A stretch of DNA of 32,000 nucleotides from Candidatus Saccharimonadota bacterium (GTDB lineage: Bacteria; Patescibacteriota; Saccharimonadia; Saccharimonadales; Saccharimonadaceae). Position numbers and translations under genes: made by a program. The stretch lies in assembly GCA_025349965.1 (NCBI GenBank), contig CP075337.1, positions 270,001 through 302,000 of the forward strand, written 5' to 3'. The stretch's first letter is position 1. Each line of letters starts with the position of its first letter. Under the pieces are notes generated by a model. The model saw nothing but the letters and a program-made list of their open reading frames with translations. It did not search any database and had not been told where the DNA came from. Of the stretch, positions 1 to 7,706 are shown piece after piece.

Positions 1-24
1 ATTTTTTATGTCATAATAGTACTA

Positions 25-1323
25 ATGTTTAAAAAATTCATCCAATCTAAACTTGAGAAATCTGTTAAAAAGTATTTTATTAAGCACCCTGAAGTAAGGC
101 TTGTTGTCGTTGCGGGGAGTGTTGGTAAAACGAGCACCAAGATGGCTATTGGGACGGTGCTGAGTCAAGCGCTTCGTGTTCGATTGCACGAGGGTAACCA
201 CAACTCCGAGCTAAGCGCGCCACTTGCGATACTGGGTATCGAGTACCCGGAAAATATTCGTAGTCTTGGGCAGTGGCGTCTTGTCTTCAAGGCGATTAAG
301 CAACGCATAAAGCAGCCCGCCGATGTTGATGTGATTATTCAGGAGCTTGGGACGGATGCACCGGGCCAGATTCCGCACTTTGGGACCTATCTCAGTCCAG
401 ATATTGCTGTCATTACTTCAGTTGCACCCGAGCATATGGAGTTCTTTAAGACCATTGAGGCTGTCGCTGCCGAGGAGCTGACCGCTGCTAACTTCAGTAA
501 ATCCGTGTTGATAAATAGAGACGATGTAGCTGGAATGTTTGCTAATAATATTACAAATCCAAACCTCAATACATACGGCACAACAGATATGGCCGAGTAT
601 CGTTTTGAGGCGGATGAATATATGCAGATAGAGGGGACTCCGGGGGCATTTATTGCACCCGAGTGGACGTCGGGTCTTGCAGCAACATTGCACGTACTAG
701 GGGAGCACAGTACGCGTGCTGCAGTGGCGGCCGGTGCGGTGGGCGTAAAGTTTGGACTCACACCAGAGGCGATAGCGACCGGCCTTGCTATGATTCGCCC
801 TGTATCTGGGCGCATGAATCCGCTTCGGGGTGTTCAGGATACGCTTATTATTGACGACTCGTATAATTCAAGTCCGTTGGCGGCTGCGTCAGCGCTACGC
901 ACTTTGTACCAACTGAACGTTCCGCAGAAGATAGCCATTCTTGGGAGTATGAATGAACTTGGTAATATCTCTCCTGCGGCTCATGCGGAGGTTGGAAAGT
1001 TATGTGATCCAACGCAACTTTCGCATCTTATTACAGTTGGCGAAGATGCTGCCAAGTACCTTGCGCCTGCAGCGAAGACCGCTGGTTGCCAGGTAGTGAG
1101 TGTGCGCAATGCAATTGAGGCGGGTGCATATGCAAATCAGCTCCTTGAGCCGGGTGCTGCACTGCTCTTTAAGGGGTCGCAGGGTGGTATCTTTCTTGAA
1201 GAGGCTGTAAAGATCGTCCTTCTTTCTACGTCTGATGAAGAAAAGCTTGTTCGTCAGAGCCCCGACTGGTTGAAGAAAAAACAAGACCTTTTTGAAGGCC
1301 AGACGTTTAGCCCAATGGCATAA
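25..1323 (+). CDS. murF: Mur ligase family protein, MurF-like (UDP-MurNAc-tripeptide--D-Ala-D-Ala ligase)
   Basis: 432-aa ORF. It has a Mur-ligase ATP P-loop (VVVAGSVGKTSTK) near residue 30 and the MurF-type DDSYNSSP motif. A TGtCATAAT box (nt 9-17) lies 7 nt upstream of the ATG. There is no in-frame stop in nt 1-24, so a 5' extension beyond the window cannot be formally excluded. Confidence 0.75.
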   Translation: MFKKFIQSKLEKSVKKYFIKHPEVRLVVVAGSVGKTSTKMAIGTVLSQALRVRLHEGNHNSELSAPLAILGIEYPENIRSLGQWRLVFKAIKQRIKQPADVDVIIQELGTDAPGQIPHFGTYLSPDIAVITSVAPEHMEFFKTIEAVAAEELTAANFSKSVLINRDDVAGMFANNITNPNLNTYGTTDMAEYRFEADEYMQIEGTPGAFIAPEWTSGLAATLHVLGEHSTRAAVAAGAVGVKFGLTPEAIATGLAMIRPVSGRMNPLRGVQDTLIIDDSYNSSPLAAASALRTLYQLNVPQKIAILGSMNELGNISPAAHAEVGKLCDPTQLSHLITVGEDAAKYLAPAAKTAGCQVVSVRNAIEAGAYANQLLEPGAALLFKGSQGGIFLEEAVKIVLLSTSDEEKLVRQSPDWLKKKQDLFEGQTFSPMA

Positions 1324-1355
1324 ACCACCTCTTATGTGATACAATTATCTCTGTT

Positions 1356-3812
1356 ATGAGGCGATACAATCCATCTGAAATTGAACCCAAATGGCAGCAG
1401 ATTTGGGAAGAGCAAAAAGTCAACGAAGTTGCTGTTGATAAAGATAAGATAAAAACCTATGCAGCGGGCATGTTCCCGTATCCGAGCGGTGCAGGTATGC
1501 ACGCTGGGCATGCGTTTGGGTATACTATTGTGGATGTTATCGCTCGCTTCTATCGCCAGCACGGGCATAATGTCCTTAACCCTATGGGGTGGGATACCTT
1601 TGGGCTTCCGGCTGAAAACTACGCCATTAAAACCGGGACCTCGCCGCAGGTTGCAACCGCTACGAACATCGCCAATTTCAAAAAGCAATTTAAGCGCATG
1701 GGGATGTCTATTGATTGGTCTCGCGAGATTAACACGAGCGACCCTGAATACTATCGTTGGACACAGTGGATTTTTACAAAGCTTTTTGAACGTGGACTTG
1801 CCTATCAAAAAGAAAGCTTGCAGTGGTGGTGCCCGGTAGACAAGACGGTGCTTGCGAATGAACAAGTAGAGGCAGGGCACTGTTGGCGCTGTGGTACTTT
1901 GGTTGAAAAGAAGGCAATGAAACAATGGTTCTTCAAGATCACGGAATATGCTGATTCGCTTCTTGAGGAAATTCCCTCACTTGATTGGCCGCAAAAAATT
2001 AAGACTGCGCAGACCAATTGGATTGGCCGTTCTGTTGGTGCTGAAATTGAATTTGCTGTTGACGGGTCAGATGATTTTATTACGGTATTTTCTACGCGTC
2101 CAGATACACTATTTGGTGCGAGTTTTGTGGTGCTTGCGCCCGAGCATACGCTTGCCACAAAGTTAGCAGCGGGTGATTTTAAGGACGCAGCTGAAGCCTA
2201 CATTAAAGAAGCGGTCAAGAAGTCTGAAATTGAGCGCACTAACGACACTAAGGAAAAAACGGGGGTCTTTACGGGAAGTTATGCAGTGAATCCTGCAACG
2301 GGTGAAAAGGTCCCTGTATGGGTAGCGGATTACGTACTTGGTGGATACGGCACCGGTGCAGTTATGGCCGTGCCGGCACATGATGAGCGAGATTTTGCTT
2401 TTGCTGAGAAGTTTAATTTGCCGATTATTGATGTTATTGCTGCCGACCCTGAATTTGGAACTGAAAGTGTTACTGCTGAAGCTGACGCGGCAAAGATTTA
2501 CTCGGGCGAAGGGATTTTGATTAATTCTGGTCAATTTGACGGTACTTCAACTTCAGATGCGCGTGAGCAAATTGTTGCATGGCTTGAACAACGGAGTCTG
2601 GGCCGTGCCAAGACGACGTACAGGATGCGTGATTGGCTCATTAGCCGTCAGCGCTATTGGGGCGCACCAATTCCCGTAGTGCACTGTGAGGTGCATGGTG
2701 CTGTAGCGGTTCCTGAATCGCAACTTCCAGTGGTGCTTCCTGAGATTGAAGATTTTGCACCAAAGGGTGATGGAAAATCTGCGCTTGCTCGTGCGGAAGA
2801 CTGGGTTAATACTACGTGTCCTGAATGTGGCGGTCCAGCACTTCGTGAAACAGATACAATGGACGGGTACGCGTGCTCGAGCTGGTATCTACTTCGCTAT
2901 ACCGACCCAAAGAATGCCGAAAAGGCTTGGGATCCAGAGACGGTTAATTATTGGAATCCACTTGACTTCTATGTCGGTGGTGACCATGCCGTGGCACACC
3001 TTCTCTATGTACGTTTCTGGACGCACGTCTTTAAAGATATGGGCTTGGTAGATTTCAAGGAGCCGGTAAAGAAACTTGTCTATCACGGCTATATTAATGC
3101 CGAAGATGGCACGAAGATGAGCAAGAGCAAGGGGAATGTTGTTGACCCGCTTGATGTGATTGAGCAAGGATATGGCGCTGATGCGCTCCGTACCTACGTG
3201 CTCTTTATGGGGCCACTTGAGCTTGATTCAAGTTGGGACTCTCGTGGTATTGGGGGTATTTACCGATTCTTGAACCGTGTTTGGACACTCGTGCAAGAGT
3301 ACAGTGCCGCTGAAAAAAGTTTCACTGGCAATGATGATGCGGTGCGCACCTTGCAGCATAAGACAATCCGCAAGGTAACTGCCGATTACCGAGATCTCGG
3401 CTTTAATACTGCAATTGCGGCACTGATGGAGTATGTGAATGAACTCTACAAGTATAAGGTGGATGGATTCTCTGATGAGACTTGGGGTGATGCACTCCGC
3501 ACTTTAGTGCAAATGCTTGCGCCAATTGCGCCACATATGAGTGATGAACTTTGGGTGCAGCTTGGTGGCGAAGTGCTTGTGCAACAGGCGACGTGGCCAA
3601 CTTGGGACGAGGCTTTGACTGTTGAGAATACTATTACAGTTGCAGTACAGGTAAACGGTAAGATTCGTGGCGAGATTGAAATTACCAAAGATATGGAGGC
3701 CGAGGCGGTGAAGGAACTCGCACTTTCGCATGAAAATGTATTGAAATTTGTGACTGGTGAGCCGAAGAAGGTAATTTATGTACCGGGTCGACTCGTGAGT
3801 ATAGTGGTATAG
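1356..3812 (+). CDS. leuS: Leucyl-tRNA synthetase
   Basis: 818-aa ORF. It has a class I HIGH-type motif (PYPSGAGMHAGHAFGY), a KMSKS motif (GTKMSKSKGN), an editing-domain-sized insertion and a LeuRS-typical N-terminus (YNPSEIEPKWQQIW). TGaTACAAT at 1337-1345 lies 10 nt upstream of the ATG. Confidence 0.97.
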   Translation: MRRYNPSEIEPKWQQIWEEQKVNEVAVDKDKIKTYAAGMFPYPSGAGMHAGHAFGYTIVDVIARFYRQHGHNVLNPMGWDTFGLPAENYAIKTGTSPQVATATNIANFKKQFKRMGMSIDWSREINTSDPEYYRWTQWIFTKLFERGLAYQKESLQWWCPVDKTVLANEQVEAGHCWRCGTLVEKKAMKQWFFKITEYADSLLEEIPSLDWPQKIKTAQTNWIGRSVGAEIEFAVDGSDDFITVFSTRPDTLFGASFVVLAPEHTLATKLAAGDFKDAAEAYIKEAVKKSEIERTNDTKEKTGVFTGSYAVNPATGEKVPVWVADYVLGGYGTGAVMAVPAHDERDFAFAEKFNLPIIDVIAADPEFGTESVTAEADAAKIYSGEGILINSGQFDGTSTSDAREQIVAWLEQRSLGRAKTTYRMRDWLISRQRYWGAPIPVVHCEVHGAVAVPESQLPVVLPEIEDFAPKGDGKSALARAEDWVNTTCPECGGPALRETDTMDGYACSSWYLLRYTDPKNAEKAWDPETVNYWNPLDFYVGGDHAVAHLLYVRFWTHVFKDMGLVDFKEPVKKLVYHGYINAEDGTKMSKSKGNVVDPLDVIEQGYGADALRTYVLFMGPLELDSSWDSRGIGGIYRFLNRVWTLVQEYSAAEKSFTGNDDAVRTLQHKTIRKVTADYRDLGFNTAIAALMEYVNELYKYKVDGFSDETWGDALRTLVQMLAPIAPHMSDELWVQLGGEVLVQQATWPTWDEALTVENTITVAVQVNGKIRGEIEITKDMEAEAVKELALSHENVLKFVTGEPKKVIYVPGRLVSIVV

Positions 3813-3834
3813 GTACTGCACTTTGGAGTATTGA

Positions 3835-3861
3835 AAAAGCACCGTGATGAGCGGTGCTTTT
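3835..3861. terminator. Bidirectional rho-independent terminator between convergent leuS and the LysM-like gene
   Basis: Perfect 10-bp stem AAAAGCACCG / CGGTGCTTTT with a 7-nt loop. An A-run precedes it and a T-run follows it, so it can act on both strands. Confidence 0.85.
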
Positions 3862-3877
3862 GGGTTGCGAGAGTGAT

Positions 3878-4345
3878 TTATTTAGGCTCTACGTGCACGG
3901 GGATGTTAATTGATTCGCCAGCCTGCAGTCCATCTTCTAGGATTGGAATGTTTGTAGGGTCTTTTTTGATACTTTCGATAAGATCCCGCGTGTCGACCTT
4001 CTCGCTTCCTTCGATCTGCTCGGCTGCGTCCCAAAGACTACCACCACTAGGGGCCGTATAGGTTGTTTGTTCAACAGAAGGTGTGAAGCTTGGCTCTGCA
4101 CTGGCGCTTGCCGTGGAGATACCTGCTGTAAGAAGCCCGGCAGTGACAGCTGCGCCTGCGGCAATACCGAGCACGGCTTTACCTCGGCGAGTAAGGCGAA
4201 GTTTTGAGTTTGCTGGTTCGGCAGTATTTTCCTGCTCGAGGAGTAGCTGACGAGCTCTATCGGCTGCTTGCATTTCAAAAATTTCCGCAAAGTCGTCTGT
4301 TTTGTTTTCAGGTGTGTTTGTGTCGTGTAGTGGTGTTTCTGACAT
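3878..4345 (-). CDS. Membrane-anchored protein with C-terminal LysM-like domain
   Basis: 155-aa ORF with an acidic N-terminus, one TM helix (AVLGIAAGAAVTAGLLTAGI) and a C-terminal segment YTAPSGGSLWDAAEQI...LQAGESINIPV. That segment resembles the LysM pattern (YTVxxGDTLxxIA...GQxLxIP). TGgTAATAT lies 9 nt upstream of the ATG on the minus strand (plus coordinates 4355-4363). Confidence 0.6.
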   Translation of the reverse strand: MSETPLHDTNTPENKTDDFAEIFEMQAADRARQLLLEQENTAEPANSKLRLTRRGKAVLGIAAGAAVTAGLLTAGISTASASAEPSFTPSVEQTTYTAPSGGSLWDAAEQIEGSEKVDTRDLIESIKKDPTNIPILEDGLQAGESINIPVHVEPK

Positions 4346-4406
4346 ATTATCAAGATATTACCATAAGCGTTTAGAAAAGTCAAGCGTGTTTTTCTATCGG
4401 CACCTC

Positions 4407-4435
4407 TTGAGTAATGGCGAGAAAAATAGTATAAT
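4407..4435 (+). promoter_or_regulatory. Sigma70-type promoter for rpmF
   Basis: TTGAGT (4407-4412), an exact 17-nt spacer, then TATAAT (4430-4435). This is followed by a roughly 40-nt leader carrying the SD AAGGAG (4467-4472). Confidence 0.7.
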
Positions 4436-4480
4436 CAGACATAAGTTTAAATATAGTAGACCTAATAAGGAGCACTTTAC

Positions 4481-4630
4481 ATGGCACAGCCTAAGAAGCA
4501 CAGTAGTCCTCGGAAGACCGGCCTTCGCCGAAGTCACCTTCGCTTGACGCTTGCACGTCGCGTGAACGGTTCATCACCGGTGAAAGTTAAGACAACTCGC
4601 AAAGAAACAGGTAAGGCACTTGCTAGCTAA
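4481..4630 (+). CDS. rpmF: 50S ribosomal protein L32 (not in supplied ORF track, 49 aa)
   Basis: My own translation is MAQPKKHSSPRKTGLRRSHLRLTLARRVNGSSPVKVKTTRKETGKALAS. The L32 signature N-terminus (MAxPKKxxSxxxxxxRRSH) is present. A strong SD AAGGAG lies 8 nt upstream, with a canonical promoter before it and a terminator after it. Confidence 0.88.
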   Translation: MAQPKKHSSPRKTGLRRSHLRLTLARRVNGSSPVKVKTTRKETGKALAS

Positions 4631-4650
4631 TAGCAGGTGTTTTCTTTTTC
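4617..4650 (+). terminator. Rho-independent terminator after rpmF
   Basis: 9-bp stem CACTTGCTA / TAGCAGGTG (one G-U pair) with loop GCTAA, overlapping the stop codon. It is followed by TTTTCTTTTTC. Confidence 0.8.
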
Positions 4651-4694
4651 TAACAACAACGTTACATTTACAATAAAAAGAGAATCAACGCATT

Positions 4695-5165
4695 ATGGCA
4701 TCAAATCGTCATCTTGGACGTATCGTCGCACTTCAGACACTGTATGAATATGAATTCCGTACACAGTCTAACGACACGTCTGCAGACGTAAAGGGTATAC
4801 TTCATCGCAATCTTGAGCGATATGAAGAGGCAATTGGAGATATTAGCTTCGTCGAAGCAATTGTTGAAGGCGTTTTAAAGGAGCAGGATGCTCTCGATGG
4901 AACAATTCAGCCAGTTGCACCAGACTGGCCAATTGAACAAATCGCACGAGTTGATCGTGCCATCCTTCGTATAGGGGTTTTTGAACTTCTTCACAGGGGT
5001 GATGTTGTTCCGCCAAAGGTAGCTATCAATGAGGCGGTTGAGCTTGCTAAAGCGTTCGGTTCTGATAACTCAAGTAAGTTTGTGAACGGAGTACTTGGTA
5101 CTGTGTATCGCAACACGACTGGGGATGCAGAAGGAGCTGGTAATGGCAACGCCACAGTTCGATAA
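4695..5165 (+). CDS. nusB: Transcription antitermination factor NusB
   Basis: 156-aa ORF. It shows the NusB hallmarks RIVALQTLYEYEF, DRAILRIGVFELL and PPKVAINEAVELAKAFGSDNSSKFVNGVLG. Confidence 0.93.
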   Translation: MASNRHLGRIVALQTLYEYEFRTQSNDTSADVKGILHRNLERYEEAIGDISFVEAIVEGVLKEQDALDGTIQPVAPDWPIEQIARVDRAILRIGVFELLHRGDVVPPKVAINEAVELAKAFGSDNSSKFVNGVLGTVYRNTTGDAEGAGNGNATVR

Positions 5166-5634
5166 ATTCAAAAAATATTTTGCACGAAGAAAACCATCAA
5201 TTCAGGAGATTGTTCGCGAGCCGACGGCTGGTGGAATTGTATTCCGTCATGGCGAAAAGGGCGTAGAGATACTGCTCATCCAAGACGCGAAAGACCGTTG
5301 GACAATTCCGAAGGGCCACATTGAGGACGGTGAGACGGCACAGCAAACTGCGCGCCGTGAAATTGGCGAAGAGGCGGGGCTTCACGAGGTAGACATGCTT
5401 GGCTGGCTCGGGAAGATTCACTTCCGATACCGTCGCATTGATAAGCTTGTACTCATGACAACCCAGATATATCTTGTGCGCGCTAAGGGTGACACAAACG
5501 CAATTCAAAAAGAAGAGTGGATGAACGGCATTAAGTGGTTTCCGTTCCATGACGCGCTTGACGTGATTGAGTATGAAGACATTGGGAAGCTAATGCTTCT
5601 GGCGATGAAACGAATTAGGCAGGAGAACCTATAG
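5143..5634 (+). CDS. Nudix hydrolase
   Basis: Perfect Nudix box GHIEDGETAQQTARREIGEEAGL (Gx5Ex7REUxEExGU). I prefer the ATG at 5143 (MATPQFDKF) because SD GAAGGAG (5130-5136) lies 6 nt upstream. The track start at 5095 would overlap nusB by 71 nt, whereas 5143 overlaps it by 23 nt. Confidence 0.85.
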   Translation: MATPQFDKFKKYFARRKPSIQEIVREPTAGGIVFRHGEKGVEILLIQDAKDRWTIPKGHIEDGETAQQTARREIGEEAGLHEVDMLGWLGKIHFRYRRIDKLVLMTTQIYLVRAKGDTNAIQKEEWMNGIKWFPFHDALDVIEYEDIGKLMLLAMKRIRQENL

Positions 5635-6348
5635 ATGAGCGGAATGCAAACCGCACCGTATCAAGAATTTGCCCGAGAAAAACTAGGGTTTGAGTTTGAG
5701 AATATCGGTTTACTCGTGACGGCACTGACACACCGAAGTTACGTGAATGAGCACCGTAAGAGCGTGAGTGAGCACAATGAACGTCTTGAGTTCCTTGGCG
5801 ATGCCGTGCTTGAGCTTGTGGTAACTGACTTTCTTTTTAGGAATCATGCAGAGGCTGAAGGTATTTTGACGAGTTGGCGTGCGGCGCTTGTGCGTACTGA
5901 AAGTATTGGTGAGGCGGGGCAGAAGCTTGGCTATGAGCCGCTTGTCCGAATGAGTCGCGGAGAGAAGCAGGGTGGTGAACGTGCTCGTTTGCAGATTCTG
6001 GCGAATGCCTTTGAAGCGGTGATTGGTGCGATTTATCTTGAAAAAGGATATGATGCAGCCGAGGAATTTATCCAGAAGCATATTACTTACAAGCTTGAAG
6101 GTATTCTGAAGGAAGGTTCATGGCGTGATCCAAAATCACACCTCCAAGAAGTGATGCAGCGTGTTGATAGCGTGACGCCACGCTACGTTGTTTTGGAAGA
6201 AGTTGGTCCTGATCATGACAAGGTATTCACTCTTGGTGTATATGCCGGTGGACGTATGGTGGCACAGGGCGTTGGTCCGAGCAAGCAGGCGGCACAACAA
6301 GCGGCGGCAAAAGCCGCGTTGAAGATTTATCAAGGCGCAGCCTCGTAG
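5635..6348 (+). CDS. rnc: Ribonuclease III
   Basis: 237-aa ORF. It has the RNase III signature NERLEFLGDAVLELVV and a C-terminal dsRBD (PKSHLQEVMQ...GPSKQAAQQAAAKAAL). SD AGGAG lies 9 nt upstream, and the start directly abuts the Nudix stop. Confidence 0.95.
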   Translation: MSGMQTAPYQEFAREKLGFEFENIGLLVTALTHRSYVNEHRKSVSEHNERLEFLGDAVLELVVTDFLFRNHAEAEGILTSWRAALVRTESIGEAGQKLGYEPLVRMSRGEKQGGERARLQILANAFEAVIGAIYLEKGYDAAEEFIQKHITYKLEGILKEGSWRDPKSHLQEVMQRVDSVTPRYVVLEEVGPDHDKVFTLGVYAGGRMVAQGVGPSKQAAQQAAAKAALKIYQGAAS

Positions 6349-6360
6349 GACGCAGGGCGC

Positions 6361-6389
6361 TTGACTTACAGAGATAAAACCTGTAAAAT
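6361..6389 (+). promoter_or_regulatory. Sigma70-type promoter for rpsP
   Basis: TTGACT (6361-6366), a 17-nt spacer, then TAAAAT (6384-6389). The downstream leader carries the SD AAGGAAG (6425-6431). Confidence 0.7.
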
Positions 6390-6441
6390 AACCAAAGAGT
6401 TTTAATAAAAGACTAATAGAGATAAAGGAAGTTTAAATTTT

Positions 6442-6804
6442 ATGCTCGCAATTCGTTTGCAACGTGTTGGACGTGCTGGGTACCCTACCTACCGTCTTGC
6501 AGTACAAGAAGCGCAGCGCCACCCATCAAGCGGTCGTGTTGTTGCGTATGTAGGTAACTACAATCCACACACCAAGGATGCTCATGTTCAGGTAGAACTT
6601 GCACAGAAGTATCTTGATAACGGCGCACAGCCAACCCCACGCGTGGTAAAGCTTCTTAAGGATGCAGGTGTTGTACTTCCTAAGTGGGTAAAGGACACTG
6701 CCGCTGATAAGCAAAAGGCTATCCGCAACCCTGAAAAGCTTCGCAAGAACCAGCCGAAGGAGGAAGCTCCTGAGGAAGTAGCTGAAGAGGCTGCTGAAGC
6801 GTAA
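6442..6804 (+). CDS. rpsP: 30S ribosomal protein S16 with Lys/Glu/Ala-rich C-terminal extension
   Basis: The N-terminus MLAIRLQRVGRAGYPTYRLAV is typical of S16. At 120 aa it is about 40 residues longer than the roughly 80-aa core. Confidence 0.95.
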   Translation: MLAIRLQRVGRAGYPTYRLAVQEAQRHPSSGRVVAYVGNYNPHTKDAHVQVELAQKYLDNGAQPTPRVVKLLKDAGVVLPKWVKDTAADKQKAIRNPEKLRKNQPKEEAPEEVAEEAAEA

Positions 6805-6820
6805 GACATTGTCTTTCTAT

Positions 6821-6855
6821 AGAATCGCTCCATCTCTGGGGCGATTCTTTTATTT
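6821..6855 (+). terminator. Rho-independent terminator or attenuator between rpsP and the KH-domain gene
   Basis: 12-bp stem AGAATCGCTCCA / TGGGGCGATTCT (one G-U pair) with loop TCTC, followed by TTTTATTT. Confidence 0.75.
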
Positions 6856-6875
6856 AAGGTTTGCTGAGTGGGCTG

Positions 6876-6884
6876 TGCTACAAT
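6876..6884 (+). promoter_or_regulatory. Extended -10 promoter element upstream of the KH-domain gene
   Basis: TGcTACAAT lies about 47 nt upstream of the ATG at 6932. The leader carries the SD GGAGGGAAG (6917-6925). Confidence 0.5.
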
Positions 6885-6931
6885 ATAAGCATAACCAATT
6901 GCGATTGCCTGAGGGGCGGAGGGAAGTTACT

Positions 6932-7345
6932 ATGTCGACCATTGACCAGCAATTTATTGAATATATCGTGAAATCTGTCGTTGGGCACCCAGATGATGTG
7001 GTGGTTGAGCGTGTTATTGACGAGAAGGGTGTATTACTGACTCTTACAGTGAATCCTGAGGATCTTGGCCGTGTTATTGGCAAGCGTGGCGTAACGGCAC
7101 AGAGTCTTCGTACGCTCCTTCGTGCGCTTGGCACTAAAAATGACGCTCGGTATAATCTTAAGATTGTAAACAACGACGGCCAAACGGGCGCAAGTTTTAG
7201 CAGTGAAGATCGAGATTCTTCGGTTGATTCCGGGCAAAATAACGAGGGTGTGGAAAGCTCAACAGAGGAGCCTGTGGACAACACTTCTGACTACACAAAA
7301 AAGACCCGTCAAGAGCTTGCAGAACTCGACGATCTTGATATATAA
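6932..7345 (+). CDS. khpA: KH-domain RNA-binding protein (YlqC/KhpA-like) with acidic Ser-rich C-terminal tail
   Basis: KH core IVKSVVGHPDDVVVERV...LTVNPEDLGRVIGKRGVTAQSLRTLL, including the GxxG-type loop IGKRG. It occupies the conserved position after rpsP. I prefer the ATG at 6932 because of its strong SD. The track start at 6809 would read through the rpsP terminator. Confidence 0.85.
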   Translation: MSTIDQQFIEYIVKSVVGHPDDVVVERVIDEKGVLLTLTVNPEDLGRVIGKRGVTAQSLRTLLRALGTKNDARYNLKIVNNDGQTGASFSSEDRDSSVDSGQNNEGVESSTEEPVDNTSDYTKKTRQELAELDDLDI

Positions 7346-7430
7346 TCATAAACAGTTCAGCAACACTTGAACTGCGAGAACAAAGCTCTATGCGAGCAAC
7401 TTCTATAAGAGTTGAGAGCCTTATATGTTC

Positions 7431-7460
7431 AAAAAGCCATCCGGTTTAGGGTGGCTTTTT
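7431..7460. terminator. Rho-independent terminator after the KH-domain gene (bidirectional shape)
   Basis: Stem AAAAAGCCATCC / GGGTGGCTTTTT (one G-U pair) with loop GGTTTA. The T-run continues as TTTTTGATTTG. Confidence 0.75.
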
Positions 7461-7690
7461 GATTTGAAAATAAGAAGAGCCCACTTTGAGACTACGAACC
7501 CTATCGGGCGAGCTCTTCATAGTGGGCTAGGTGCGGTAGATGTGGTTGGTGACGAGGGAGAAGTCACGGTGGCGCTTGTTCTTGCCGTTTTCATTAAAAC
7601 TCATGATACGCACCATATTGATTTTGTCGCCGTATACGGATGCCCAATTAATTATACTATGACAATAATTCACATAAAAGTCAATTTGTA

Positions 7691-7699
7691 TGGTATAAT
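7691..7699 (+). promoter_or_regulatory. Extended -10 promoter giving a leaderless trmD mRNA
   Basis: TGgTATAAT ends 7 nt before the trmD ATG at 7707. There is no SD, and none would fit in that gap. Confidence 0.6.
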
Positions 7700-7706
7700 T
7701 TAACAG

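Noticed and set aside
6809-6931. The 5' extension of the KH-domain ORF starting at ATG 6809.
   Set aside because: It would begin 5 nt after the rpsP stop and read through a 12-bp terminator stem and an extended -10 box. The encoded 41 residues look like translated spacer. The ATG at 6932 has a strong SD and begins the conserved KH N-terminus.
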